A stretch of DNA of 63,875 nucleotides, the filler included, from Nemertoderma westbladi (lineage: Eukaryota; Animalia; Xenacoelomorpha), in NCBI GenBank assembly GCA_032718475.1. It is 3 parts of 3 records of this genome, joined end to end, with 100 filler letters (N's around TTAATTAATTAA, not from the genome) between each part and the next. Parts side by side here need not be neighbours in the genome. Positions count along the whole stretch, not along the records: positions 1 to 22,676 come from JAUCBJ010005648.1; 2 more parts are not named here. One strand, 5' to 3'. Positions 1-12,962 of the stretch are shown here, piece by piece. Each line of letters starts with the position of its first letter. Position 1 is the first letter of the stretch. The notes below the pieces were generated by a model that saw only the letters and a program-made list of their open reading frames with translations, did no database searches and had not been told where the DNA came from. Both the position numbers and the translations under genes were made by a program.

Positions 1-1455
1 CAAATAGCAGTATGCAGTATTCACAGATCAATCGTGCCAGTTTGTTTTGATATTTACAGAGTTTAAAGCCAGGTTGTTTGATGCGTAATTGCAGCCAGGT
101 CAGTCCGGTATGACCATCAGTCAGTTAAAGGATATATGTCCTTGTAATTAAACCTACTAGTGTTGAGCTAAAAAGCATAAAACATAAAACACTAAAAAGC
201 CGTTCTTTCGTGGCTTTTGAAAAACTCGTGACTACTGCTCTATACGAGGATACCAACTCCCTTATTCCACGAAGCTCCCGTTCAACACAGAGAAAGAGCA
301 GTGAGATAGGAAATTTTCAGTTCAGTACTCTGTGATAGGTCAACATCAAGGATAACTCAAATTCTATTGGGAGATACAAAACAAGGCTATGACGCAACCT
401 CCCTAGGCTTGTTGGCCGATTAAACAGAGCCCAGATGCCTGCGTACAGCAAATCAGCCAATAAGCTGGTAACTTGCACTATTTTTAGCTGTAGATCACTT
501 TGAGAGTATTCTTAGCGACTGGGGGGGAACTGGCCAACAAGGCAAACGAATCAGTTATCCCACAAAAGCTTTTACAACCCGAGTAAGACAGTAAGAGTAG
601 GACACGAGTCCAGTTTGCCCTTATCCGAGGCGCATCCCATTGCGTTCGTTGGTCACGCATCAAATGGAGAAGTGGGCTTGGACTGGAAGATGGTGCTGGG
701 CTGCCATAAGGCCAGACAGGATAGGAACGTCATATGCAGCAACTAGCTAATTAATCTACATCGCCTCTTCTGTACTTAACTCTATTTTATAATTTTTAAC
801 TGATATTTGTGCTGTGTGGGGGGGTTTCTCTATAGTTCTCTACCTATTAATTATCAGTAAATGTTTGTCTCTTTATACTTTTAATTAATAGGGTACTATA
901 CCATTAATAGTGCCGGTGTGTCGATTTTTGTATTAAATGTTCCAGAATTTTTAGCACCACCCATGAAACTTTCTACTTTTTTATATTTTATTCATCAAGA
1001 CATGATTGGAGCAAAAAATAGTTTTCATGTATTGGGTAACATCCTTTGTTAAGGGTAATAATATTTAGTATTAAATAAATAATTAAATAGCATTTATATT
1101 AAAAGCCACCCATTTGCCCGAGTAAACAATCTAATTAAACTTATAACATTATTATTACTAATGAGGTGTATTCTTAGAAGTATACTATATTACAGAAAGG
1201 TGAAAGTTCTTCCTAATAAAATTACAGTTTATTAAATATAAGAAATAATTGTATATTATTATTAAGAATTCAGTGCATTAAGCGATATCGAAAGGGGTAC
1301 ATAGATTACACTTTGATTGCCTATTCCTATATGAGACTGTGTGAGACTTGATTTGATTTTGTTGGACTATATGCATGCAATATAAGCAGCCAGAAATTTG
1401 TATAGCAAATTATATTTATATTAAATTTAATATATTTTAAGCAATATGCTCTTTA

Positions 1456-2474
1456 GGGCGGTGCGTTTTTTACTTTTTTTCGATTTCATTGTTCTACCGG
1501 TGCACAAAAGTTGCCAAATGGTAAATAAATTTCAATCTTTCTTTAAATTTCATCTATATCTTCACGGATCCCAAGAGGGTTGAAATTTTGTGCCATCGCG
1601 ATGCACCATAATGAAATGTATAACAATATAACACATTGATGAAAGATCAATGACCCAAAAAAGAACTTCCTGCATGCATCAAATGTCATAAATTGGGTCC
1701 AAACTTAGTTAGATACCAAAATTTTAATTTTTGGATCAAGGGAAGTTGTGCCACAGGCACATGACCAGAACCTACTCTTTGGCGCAAGTGATGATTATTC
1801 TCAATTTTGGTGGACAACTTTTAGTTCTCCTACGGCATTATTATTATGCTCATTAGAACCGCAATGACCGATTTAGTGGGGGTAGACACCATCAAAATAA
1901 GCATAGAGCGAATTTGATTCCTTGATATAATTCAAAATATCATTTATTGTGTATTTGTCCATATCACATCAAGGCGGTAATGTAGACTTGTGCCGGACTT
2001 CACATTTTCTGCGATATCTCAAGAACTATTCGCTCTACGTTTGTTTTGAAGGTGTCTACCCCCACTAAATCGGCCATTGCGGTTCTAATGAGCATAATAT
2101 AAATGCAGTAGGATAAATCAAAGTTGGCCATCGCGAAAATTGAGAATAATCATCACTTGCGCCAAATGGTAGGTTCAGGCCATGTGCCTGTGGCACTAGT
2201 TCCCTTGACCCAAAAGTTAAAATTTTGGTATCTAACTAAGTTTGGACCCATTTGATGACATAGGATGCATGCAGGAAGTTCTTTTTTGAGTCATTGATCT
2301 TTCATCAATGTGTTATACATTTCATTATGGTGCATCGCGATGGCACAAAATTTCAACCCTCTTGGGATCCGTGAAGATATATGTAGATGAAATTTAAAGA
2401 ATTTTTTTTTGCCTTATTACTTTTGTGCACCGGTAGAACAATGAAATCGATAAAAAGTAAAAAACGCACCGCCC
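1456..2474. mobile_element. Foldback/MITE-type non-autonomous DNA transposon with ~430-bp inverted arms
   Basis: 1456-~1890 (GGGCGGTGCG...GTAGACACC) is the near reverse complement of ~2051-2474 (GGTGTCTAC...CGCACCGCCC). The spacer is ~160 bp, TA flanks both ends, and there is no coding capacity. Confidence 0.85.
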
Positions 2475-2588
2475 TAAGTAAGCTCTTATGTCTATCACAA
2501 CATTACAATCGTCATGTTTACGAATATGGCAACGAAATTCTCGAGAACCTACTCAAACTATTATTAAATTTTAAGAAAATAAGTGTAG

Positions 2589-3278
2589 CCCTTTGTGTAC
2601 CAAAGATAAATTACGTAAGATTTTTACTTCCAAGAAAGTATATTTGATCGTACCAAGGTTTATTTTGTTGTTATATATAAAGAGGATAACCATATTATTA
2701 CTTATCCTACCCTCAAAGGCGGCACACTTCCGCCTTTAACCATTTTCGAAATTTATAAATCTTTCATTTGAACTCCGGGGGGCACACTGCAGCCTTAATC
2801 ATTTGTAACGTAATTATTGGCTAAATTTAAATTAAATTGCATAAACTATGTAATTTAAAATTAATCAAACCAATAGGAATCCCTTCAAGCAATAAATTAA
2901 TTTTTCTAGACCAGTTTTTCCTGCACGACACGAATATGAACTCCATTTATCCGCCCCAATAGTTATAAGAAAGTTATAAGAGGTTTTTATAAAGAGGCGG
3001 CACCCTGTCGCCATGGGAGTCAGGATAATATATGTAAAGGCGGCACTCTGCCGCCATGAGGGTTAGGTTATAATTATATAAAGGCGAAACACTGCTACCC
3101 TGGGGATCAGGATAATATTATATATATGTAAAGGTGGCACTTTGCTGCCATGGGGGTTAAGTTATAATTACAGTATTTAAAGGCGGCATTATGAGCATTG
3201 TCATGAATTATGAACACGAGTACGTGTCGTGAAAATACGTATGATGAACTCGTACCGTGTTGGTACGCAAAGTGTTAA
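2589..3278. mobile_element. Degenerate piggyBac-like MITE with internal ~55-60-bp repeats
   Basis: The right end TTGGTACGCAAAGTG-TTAA imperfectly mirrors the left CCCTTTGTGTACCAA. The motif AAAGGCGGCACAC..GCC.CCATGGG recurs about 6 times in 2715-3190. Confidence 0.4.
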
Positions 3279-3938
3279 AGGCAAATAGGTCTATGATACA
3301 GTTGCTGAAGTTAGTAACGTTGTAGCAGGACGATATAGCTGGTTTTCTGCTCTTGTATCTGGGTCAGTACAAAACGAAGACCAAGGACTTACAAAACTAA
3401 GAGGTAAAGTAGCGTTAGGTCCCAAAGAGCGTTAGGTCTCATTGGCATTTAAAGGAGCAGGTTAGTAAAGGAGCAGGTTACATAGTCATAGTTGGGGGAA
3501 CCAAAACAATAAACGAAAGTTATCACATGTGTTTCGTACAGGTCTTAAGTCTTTTGGGTCTTGTGTATTTGTTTTGTACTCACCCTTTTGTATTTATTAT
3601 TGCACGATTGTAGCAAATTATTATTGCCAATCTGTTGTTCTATGTACTAATACCGTTGTGGACACCCAAGAGTCTATAGATCGGATTAGAGACCAAGTTT
3701 ATTTTGCAAATTTTTTGACAATAATGCATTACATGCTACGAGATGGGGGGAGGCATGATTATACGAGATAGGGTGTTAAAAGATTGGATGTTACGATATG
3801 GAGTAAAACGAAATATTACAATAATCCTTTTCTTTTATTTCGTGAAGCAATGATTCAAATTTCTAATGCCCTGCTGCTGTACATTCAATATAGAAGAAAT
3901 GTAGAATTCACAGCTCTGAACAAGTACATTTGTTGGGT

Positions 3939-4165
3939 GAATTCTTAGCCCGCGAGTATTCTTTGCCCGCGAGTTAGTAAAGGAGCAGGTTAGCAAAGGA
4001 GCAGGTTTCAGAGGAGTATTGGGGGAACCAAAACAATAAACGTTATTGTTTCGCGGGCTAAGAATACCCACGGGCTAAGAACGCAAGGCTAAGAATACCC
4101 ACGGGCTAAGAATGCAAGGCTAAGAATACCCACGGGCTTAGAATACTCGCATGCCAAGAATTCCT
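3939..4165. repeat. Small inverted-repeat element with GGCTAAGAATACCCAC tandem units
   Basis: GAATTCTTAGCCCGCGAGTATTC at 3939 mirrors GAATACTCGCATGCCAAGAATTC at ~4141-4163. GGCTAAGAA recurs about 6 times in 4055-4145. Confidence 0.5.
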
Positions 4166-4621
4166 GAGACCGTACATTTACAAAGAAATTGAGCCTGGAA
4201 ATTGCTTTATCGACCACCTTATAATAAAAATATAATAAGAATAATTTCCCATTCAGCATTCATATAATTTGTTCAACAACTTATACAATTAAAAATTAGT
4301 GATATTCGATGTTTCATTAAAAGCACTATAATATAACATCGCGATCTTAAATATTCAATTTGTTATTCCCCTCAATTATACACGATATATGATGTTTCCG
4401 GACACCAAGTTGTGCCTACAATCAAAGGAACTTAATATCAATAAATAACCAAAGACGAAAAAGCAATATCACACTCCCTCACATTACCCTCACATTATAC
4501 ACCACACCCCCTAGTGGTAACACAGGAATTGATGTCACCACAATTTTCAAATAATCAGTCCCACTGAAAGGGCACAACTCTGAACAAATAGTGCGTCGGC
4601 ACAACTAGCAATCGGCTATCT

Positions 4622-4808
<187 letters not shown>

Positions 4809-5050
4809 GAATATCCAACTGGCAGTTGTGTTGACATTTGGCTATCAAAAATGGCAGTTGTGGTGACAAAAAAAATAGTGGTAACAAGTTGAGCTGACAT
4901 TTGATCAGGGACATGTGTCCGAAGTTTTGATCGGGTCCCCATGTACTCTTTGTAATGTTAGCACAAGTGCCACTTTGCAATACCTGAAATGAATGAAAAA
5001 AAGGGACTGTTCAGCAGTTAAAGGGAACAGTAAGAGAGGGTAGGTTAGAG

Positions 5051-6445
5051 TTGCAAGAAGTGCAGCAGAGTATCGCGTTAGAACGCGATAAATTGGTAAA
5101 TATAAAAAGGGGTATAACACCACCCCCTGTAACAATGTGTCAACCTGTTAGGTCTGAAGTATTTCATGCGCAAGGTGTGGAGCCTACACGCATCTATACT
5201 GCTAGCGAAGTAGAAACTCCCATAGTAAACCCTATTAAGGGTATTTATAATCCTGTTGATAATGATATTCCACACAGATCTGATAATAATCCGAGAAATT
5301 TATATACCGATAATTCGATATTAAATAATACGATGGCTCAAGAAAGTTTTACATGTCAAATGGCTAGAACCGAAGCCCGTCAAGCGGTAAAAGTGGGAGA
5401 GGTCGTCAAGTTCAATGGAGATGAGATGAAATGGTTACCTTTTAATGAATATTACAAGGATAACATACAGAACTCCATACTATCTAACGGAGAGAAACTA
5501 AGATTCCTCATCGAGTGCTTGGAAGGACCTCCCAAGTTAATGGCGTTAAAGTTTATTGGACATCCAGATGGATTGAGACAAGTTTGGGATACATTAAACA
5601 TCAGGTATGGTAATAGGACTAACATAGCTAGGTATCTGTATGCGAAATTAATGGCGCCCCGAAAGTTTCTTAGCAGCGGGATTATAGAGTTTTCCGACGA
5701 GATTCAGGAGATCTGTAGACAGTTAGACTGGTTGGGTAAGTCTCATGAATACCAGAATTCTATGGTTGTAGGAGCCTTAGCATCAACTTTGCCAAAGGGT
5801 GGAGTAGGTACTCGCTGGGACAAAAAGGTTCTCTATTTGATGGACCAACAACATAGAGATCCAACCATGACGGACCTTCTGTCATTCTTAAATAGAGAGG
5901 TAAGATTACAGTTCCTAAAGCAGTCCAGAGAGAAGACATCGGAAAGTAAGGTAAGTGAAAAACCCGTTACTAGGAGAAAGGTAACACCAGTGTGTTATAC
6001 GGACGATGGCGAAAGCCAAACTTCCTATGACGAGAACAGCGGCAAGGACACCGAAAGATCTTATTATGTCAATAAACGTAAGTAAGTCTAATAATACGTA
6101 AGTAAATCTAAGTCTCGAACCAGTGACAGGAGAGAACAGGTAACAACTCCCCCTATGTCTCCTAAGAGAATTCATGGAAGGAAGCCCAAAGAAAGAGCTA
6201 GCGTACACAACACGATGCAGGTTAAGGTAAGTAACATCAAACCTAAATGTGTATTGTGCGACGAGCCACATCGCTTGAGTGGGTGTGATGAATTCTTAAA
6301 GAAATCCCTGAAGGATAGACATGATGTCATGTGGGATAAGCGGTTGTGTTATAATTGCCTCAGACGAGGACATCAATGACGGAACTGTTACTCAGACGCG
6401 AGGTGTGCTAAGTGCGGCGCGAAACATCATATCTTGCTGCGCACA
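5051..6445 (+). pseudogene. BEL/Pao Gag (DUF1759-like) with C-terminal CCHC zinc knuckles
   Basis: Motifs KFNGDEMKWLPF, EKLRFLIECLEG and WDTLNIRYGN. Knuckles CVLCDEPHRLSGC, CYNCLRRGH and CAKCGAKHHILL, interrupted by stops. Confidence 0.9.
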
Positions 6446-6508
6446 GAATTTGACAGGACCCGTACGAGTCAGGTAAGTGAACCCTGACTACATGTCCAAT
6501 TCAGTGAT

Positions 6509-7215
6509 GTGAACGACACTGACCACAGTTCGGAGATGGAAGGATTCTACACGGACGAATTCTCAGATGAAAATGAATCCTGTTATATGATCAACACAAC
6601 TGTGTATCGAGCGCTTACGTATGAGACCGAAACAGAAGGAGAAGATCCTCGACTGTCTATTCCGGATCGACAGCCCTCTTGGAAAGCGCCAACTTCATCT
6701 GTCGGTATCCGAGAATTCCCGGTGGTGCAACTGAGGGTGCATGGAATAGGGAGGAGCTTAATAGTAAACGCCCTCCTTGACTCCGGCAGTACAGGCACCT
6801 TTATCGACAAAGACCTAGCCGAAGATATCTTTGCTGGTCAACAAAAGTTCCGAACCAAACTGAACCTTTCTGGAATTATGCAGGTTTGGAAATCCACAGT
6901 AGCCACAGATTACTATGTGGGTGCGTTGTCCACTCCCCAGGATGAACTAGGAGAAAATAGTGTAAGGTCGGTCAAGATGGTGGCGATAAAGAACTTTGCA
7001 ACTAGCCAAGTGGAGCCTTACAACTGGAATGAAGATCATTTTACCCAGCAACACAACATACCTAGATTCAGTACGGATTATCCAGGGGTACAGATTTTAC
7101 TCGGCCAAAGTGCGCACGAGGCGCTTGAGACATTATAAAAACGGCCTGCTCGACCGCGACCACTCCAGACATATGCGGGAAGAACGAGAGTAGGTTGGTA
7201 CTTCACTGGACCTTC
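6509..7215 (+). pseudogene. BEL/Pao aspartic protease region
   Basis: ALLDSGSTGTFI catalytic motif, QILLGQ, and downstream RTRVGWYFTGP. Confidence 0.88.
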
Positions 7216-7473
7216 CCATAGGACCTTACTAGAAAGACTCCCAAGTCAATGAGTCCACCAGGTGAGTGAATGGAGGAAGATATAAGTGAAGAAGAAATTC
7301 CAGCTGAGGAAACTCCATACTCCTCAGATAATGATGGCATAAGCAATTTATATGACGAGGAAAATACTATCGATCTCCTCACTGAGAACTAAACTTGGTT
7401 AAACCAAGTCAACCTATGTAACCTTATCAACCAACATAGCGAACAGTTCACGTATAATGATGAATTAAACGCA

Positions 7474-9280
7474 GTGATAGATCTGTCTGTACTACACACC
7501 CCCGGTGACGACGCTGTGTATCTAAACTCACCCACGGATGTTACAAGAAATACAAGTAAATCCGTTATAAAAATCAGGGAAAGTGACTGGAAATCTGGAA
7601 CACCAGACGTCTCGCAAGGACTCTCTCCTCTCCTACAAAGAGCAATAGATCATTATAGCTCCTGGAATCGGCTTTGCAAGGCCGTTGTGTATCTGAAAAG
7701 GTGTTTCCATCATCACTATTCCAGGACAAAGATCGCTAGTGATACCACTCCGATAGTATCTGAACATGTCCATGCTATTAATAACCTTCCCACTTATAGA
7801 GTGTCTGATAGGTTTCTGACTGAGAAGATCAGTTACCAAGAACATGATGATACCAATAAGCAGATACTGAGACTCCTGCAATGTTACAAAGATTCCGATA
7901 AGTATTTCCTGTTGTTGAGAAATCCACAGATGCGCTTAAGGGATCGATTCTCTAGTACAATGATAGATGGGTTAATACGTGTTGGAGGGAGATTAACCAA
8001 TGCTCCATTATCCTTTGACACTAAGTTTCCCATACTCATTAGAAATCATGAAATACAAATCAAGATGATTGTAGATGTTCACAGTAGGCTTTACCATGCT
8101 GGTAGAGAACGAGTTCTTAGCGAAATTCGAACTCGCTATTATTTCCACAAGCCCCGTAGAGCTCTGAACCAAGTTCTTAGGAACTGTATACCCTGTAGGA
8201 AAGCATTTAGTAGGCCTTTAACACAGCGAGAGGCAGAATTACCTAGGGAATGAGTAAGCTGTTATGAAACACCCTTTACTAATACTGGTGTGGATTTATT
8301 TGGCCCTATTGAAGTATATCGTGCTATGACTATAGTCAAACGATGGTGTGTCATCTTTGTCTGTATGACTTGTAGAGCGATCCATCTAGATATGGTGAAC
8401 GATCTATCTACCAACAGCTTCATATTGAGTTTACGCCGACAGATCGCTCGTTTTGGGACTAGCAACACTATGAGATCTGACAAAGGAACAAACTTCATTG
8501 GCGCCAATAGTGAGATCAAAGCTTATGTGAAAGATTGGAACCAAAGACAGGTGGATGATCAGCTAAAGGTAAAAGCATCTAGCTGGACCTTCAACGCTGC
8601 CGACGCCCCTTGGTGGGGAGGAAGTTGGGAGAGACTAATACGAAGCGTGAAGACCGCATTTCACTTTATAGGGCCGTGCCGCGCGTATCTCACCGACGAA
8701 CTTTTGCGGACGTTAATGGAAGAAATCGCCGCCTATCTTAACGAGAGACTGCTTATGCCAGTCTCATCGAGTCCCGACTCCCTGGAAGCGCTAACACCCG
8801 CGCATTTCCTACTAAAGAAACCTGTAGCCATGCTCCCGCAATCGGAAATCACAGACGGAATCGAATACTGCCGACAAAATGCAGTTATTATCCTGTCGTT
8901 TCGCTGACCATTTTGAAAAACATTATCTTCCTACGCTACAACTTCGAACAAAGTGGTTTGCGCAGCAAGAAAACGTCAGCGCCGGAGACATGGTCCTTAT
9001 CATGGAATCAGATCTTCCACGTAAGAGGTGGCGGACAGGTCGTAACATCGAGACTCATATATCCGATGATGGTTTAGTGCGATCGGTAGAACTTGTCGTC
9101 ATGCGACGTAACTTTAAGAAACCTGGAATTGTATTCGAAACACAACAACTTAATCGCCCAGTTGGTCGTTTATGTTTACTGGAAAGAGACCGAGAGTTAT
9201 CCGGTAACTATGGAAGGCAAGAGACTCTTCCCACGACCACCTCCCTAATCCAACAAACATCTAGGGACTCCCCAATGTAG
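7474..9280 (+). pseudogene. BEL/Pao integrase (H2C2 finger, DDE core, DUF5641-type tail)
   Basis: YSSWNRL, GLIRVGGRL, HAGRERVLSEIRTRYY..CIPC, DLFGP, SDKGTNFIGA, PWWGGSWERLIRSVK, YLPTLQLRTKW, RPVGRLCLLE. One stop and one frameshift. Confidence 0.93.
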
Positions 9281-9871
9281 TGTGTGACTACATTATTTTA
9301 TTTTTTTATTTTTTTACTTATGTATGCATTATTATGTAATTTTAATATTATAATCGTTTTCTTTAATTTTATTTAGTAGAATAATATTTTAACGATTATT
9401 CAGTAGATTAGTGCAATATATTCGTGTTTTATTACTTAATTACTTAGTACAATATATTTCGTTTAACGGCGAGAAATAATTCATTTTCTCTTTCCTTACT
9501 GTCCGTATCATACTATAAATACGTGACTACAGTAAGATGAAATGTCCGTACTTATTAAAAGTACAATATACCACCCCTACTATACTCAAGTATTATTGGT
9601 AAGTAGAGTATTAGGAATGCGAAGTTCAGATCCTCATGTCTCGGCTAAACCAAGCTCTGGGTAGACCTTGGAAACGACTTGCCTCTTCTCACTGACATTG
9701 CTTCATGCAATATTGCTCTCATACCGTATATTAAATAATACATATGGTAGAATGATGTCCATTTAACAGTAGCATTGAAGTTCAAAATATTAACAAATAT
9801 TATTAATATAATATCAAATCAAATCTGTATAACAAATCTGTTAATAAATCTTCAAATAAATCTGTTAAACC

Positions 9872-10205
9872 CTTTGACCATCTGAAATTCTAGTCGATTA
9901 AGATATCGCGGCACCCACCGATATACTTGAAAGACAAAATTCTAGAATCAGTGGTTAATGTCCCCAGACATGTTCTGGAATAAATCGGTGCCCATCTTAA
10001 ATATTTATAACGTTTGTTATAACAAATGTTAAAATAGAGGAAATGCTAACAAATTAACTCTAGAAAATCTATAAATCAAATATGTTAAAATTTTCGATCC
10101 TCTAAAATTCTAGTCAATTAAGATATCGTAGTACTTACCGCTACTCTTAAAAGACAAATTTCTGGAATTAAGGATCCTAGTACCCAGACATGTTCTGGAA
10201 TAAAA
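9872..10205 (+). repeat. Diverged ~110-bp direct repeat pair, period ~220 bp
   Basis: AAATTCTAGTC.ATTAAGATATCG...CCCAGACATGTTCTGGAATAAA at ~9885-9984 and ~10105-10204. Confidence 0.7.
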
Positions 10206-11027
10206 CTGTGTCTATTTTAATACCAAATAATAAAATTCACGGGAATAAATTTTAAATTTATATCCTCTCATGAATTTGATAAATTGACATTGTATACAAT
10301 TTATAAACATTCCCAAAATTCCATTAATTAATAGATCATGGGAGCGGAGATTCACCCTATTAAGTATATTAGTGTAAGAGAATCTCCAGTGTACAGTCAA
10401 TAGCCGATAAAATTCATAAAATCATGTATAAGGGGAATATTGACAATTAAAGAATCACTATTAAATAGCATCCCAGATCTGTATGCATGAGAATTACCCT
10501 AATTCTACCACTAGCTTTCCATAATGTCACCATAGTAACAACCATGCTAGAATTAGAAGCGAGTTAAAAGAACAATAGAAAGCTTGCCCCATTGAATAGC
10601 ATGCGGAATAAATAGCACCTTGCTAGTATCCAGGGATACATAATAATAACGTGGCATTCTGGAAGGCATTTGACTAACGGACAAATGGCCCTAATTTGTA
10701 CAAATTGTGACAGGAATGTGGAATTTGTGTATTTATAGGTGAATGTTACTACTAAAGTGTGTTTACAGTAGCGAGTCGCAGTTGTGAAAGTTACCCTGCC
10801 TCTGTAGCAAGTACCTCCAGTATATCTAAGCCCTTGGGACGGACAGTGGAGTGACTCGCGCTGGTTATTGTTGTCGTTGTGTAGCTACTACGTTGGCGAG
10901 AGGCACAGTGACGACAGTACATCAGCGCTGAGGATCTTGCGCTGTCCGGGGGCACTGAGGGGGAGGCAGCGACGACCGCTAGCCTGATTATTATTAACTC
11001 AAATATCAATAAACTCATATAGCAGCT

Positions 11028-12530
11028 ATGACTGAGTTGATAGAAGATGATCTTGGTATCAGGGAGCAATATACCCTACCACTGCAAGCATTTGTTGATA
11101 GTTTGATAAGCGGCGACGCTAGTCAACATACTACGGAAGACGATGGCCATTATATCGAACCGCCAATGTCAAAAGAACAGCTCAAGCGTGAATTGGACTA
11201 TCGGAAATTCACCGCTCGCTATACGCATCGTAATGGTACGTATATGGACTTCTTAACTACTGGTCATCCTATCGATTTATACGACATGGATGATGTAGAT
11301 ACAGAAAGAGAAATGATCCTATTTAAATATCATACCCAGTGGAGTCAGAATGATAAAATGAGAATCGAACATAAAAATTATATTCGAAACCGACTCGAAA
11401 GAGAAGATGTTGAAGAGCCGGATAAATGCAGTGACTTCAACGAATATTTGGAATTCTTGAGAGAAACTTATCTCAATGTCGCCAGTCAACAAAATCTAGA
11501 AACTCGATATCCTCAATGTATACATCATAACCCTATGATAGAACTCAAACGACTCTATTTTACTATGATGTATCTTACCGCCGATCGATCGCTACCTGTT
11601 GTACTGGATAGCTTCGAACAGATGGAGGAATATTGTAAAACTGAAGAAAGATCACCAGCGTTCCCCCTACAAGATGTGCGTCTTTGGTATTACTGCGATG
11701 AATCCCCTAGACCCAACCAACAAACGGAAAGACATAAACATCCGCGGAGACATTGCGCTAAACACAGTTTTACTCGCTATACTTACGGGAGTTTTGAACG
11801 TAACTTATTCGACGTATCACCTACGCTCGCTCGACTCAAACGATCCTTAAATAAACCTATGATCAGAGTTCTGGAATACTTGGTCAGACCTCCTCATTCT
11901 CTGGTGAGACCTCAGACTATTGATCCTAATAGTATGACAGATCCTCCTGAACTGTACTCATTGTTCAAAGATCTAGTGTTACCCGAACAATTAGTCGGTG
12001 GCACTCCGGTTGTGGGCTCTCTAGATATTCGCCCCTCTTACCTAGCCGGATTGGGACGCGGACATCTAATATCGCCGTTCAACGCGTATAATTGTCCTGG
12101 TTTAACTCCGATACAACCCGTCACCGAGGTGGAGGAGAGCGTTGTAAGAAATGCGTTAGACGCTATTCGACAAAAGATTGGAAAAGGAACCTACGATTGT
12201 TTATACAAATGTAAATTGCAACAACAAGTCCAAGCAGTAAAATAATTAGCTTTACCCCAGTTCGATTGGGAAATCCAGAATCTCGAAGAAGATATCGAAC
12301 TTGGACAAACATACTCTTTACAAGAGTTATTGGACGAATGCTTCCAACGACAAGCGGAGGAATATCAGCTCGAGGAGAAGCACATCGAAATGGATGAGAG
12401 AGAGGAAGCAGCTTTAGCCCAGCCAGAAGCCCAAATCCTTATGACTGATCTCTATTCCAAAACCAGCATTCATCCTTCGATGGTTCCCCGGAGACAAACT
12501 CTTCGCCCCGGTACAATCCCAACTGGTTGA
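11028..12530 (+). CDS. Unknown ~500-aa protein at the env position of the BEL relic (one in-frame TAA at 12243)
   Basis: A 405-aa ORF continues in the same frame into the 12330-12530 ORF. It has globular composition and no obvious signal peptide or TM segment. Confidence 0.6.
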
Positions 12531-12727
12531 TATCAACTTAAGATCTAGAGATCTTATCGCTGACACTCCTATGTTACAACGTCCGCCAATCGAGGCCGCT
12601 CGTGTCTACGGTATACTCGTTGAACCTCCGGACAATCGAGCAGATCTTGTCCGTCGTATGGTACACGAGGTCAACCTACGCGCTAGACCTTTACCAAACT
12701 CATTTTACGGGATCAAAGATTTTTACG

Positions 12728-12962
12728 GGTTAAACAATCTTACAATACCGCGGTCGGTTTGGTTAAACAATCTTACAATACCGCGGTCGGTTTGGTTAAA
12801 CAATCTTACAATACCGCGGTCGGTTTGGTTAAACAATCTTACAATACCGCGGTCGGTTTGGTTAAACAATCTTACAATACCACGGTCGGTTTGGTTAAAC
12901 AATCTTACAATACCGCGGTCGGTTTGGATAAACAATCTTACAATACCGCGGTCTGTTTGGTT
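12728..12962 (+). repeat. 33-bp tandem repeat x7 (GGTTAAACAATCTTACAATACCGCGGTCGGTTT)
   Basis: Head-to-tail, near-identical units without spacers. Confidence 0.97.

Larger units (their letters stand above)
5051..12960 (+). mobile_element. Degenerate BEL/Pao LTR retrotransposon internal region lacking RT/RNase H; no LTRs identified
   Basis: Gag, Zn knuckles, protease, integrase and DUF5641-type tail occur in BEL order with stops and frameshifts, followed by a long non-coding tract and an extra ORF. Boundaries are approximate, and linking the extra ORF to the element is inferred from position. Confidence 0.8.

Noticed and set aside
12728-12962. CRISPR-like array of 33-bp repeats
   Set aside because: Units are head-to-tail with no unique spacers, there are no cas genes, and the context is eukaryotic.
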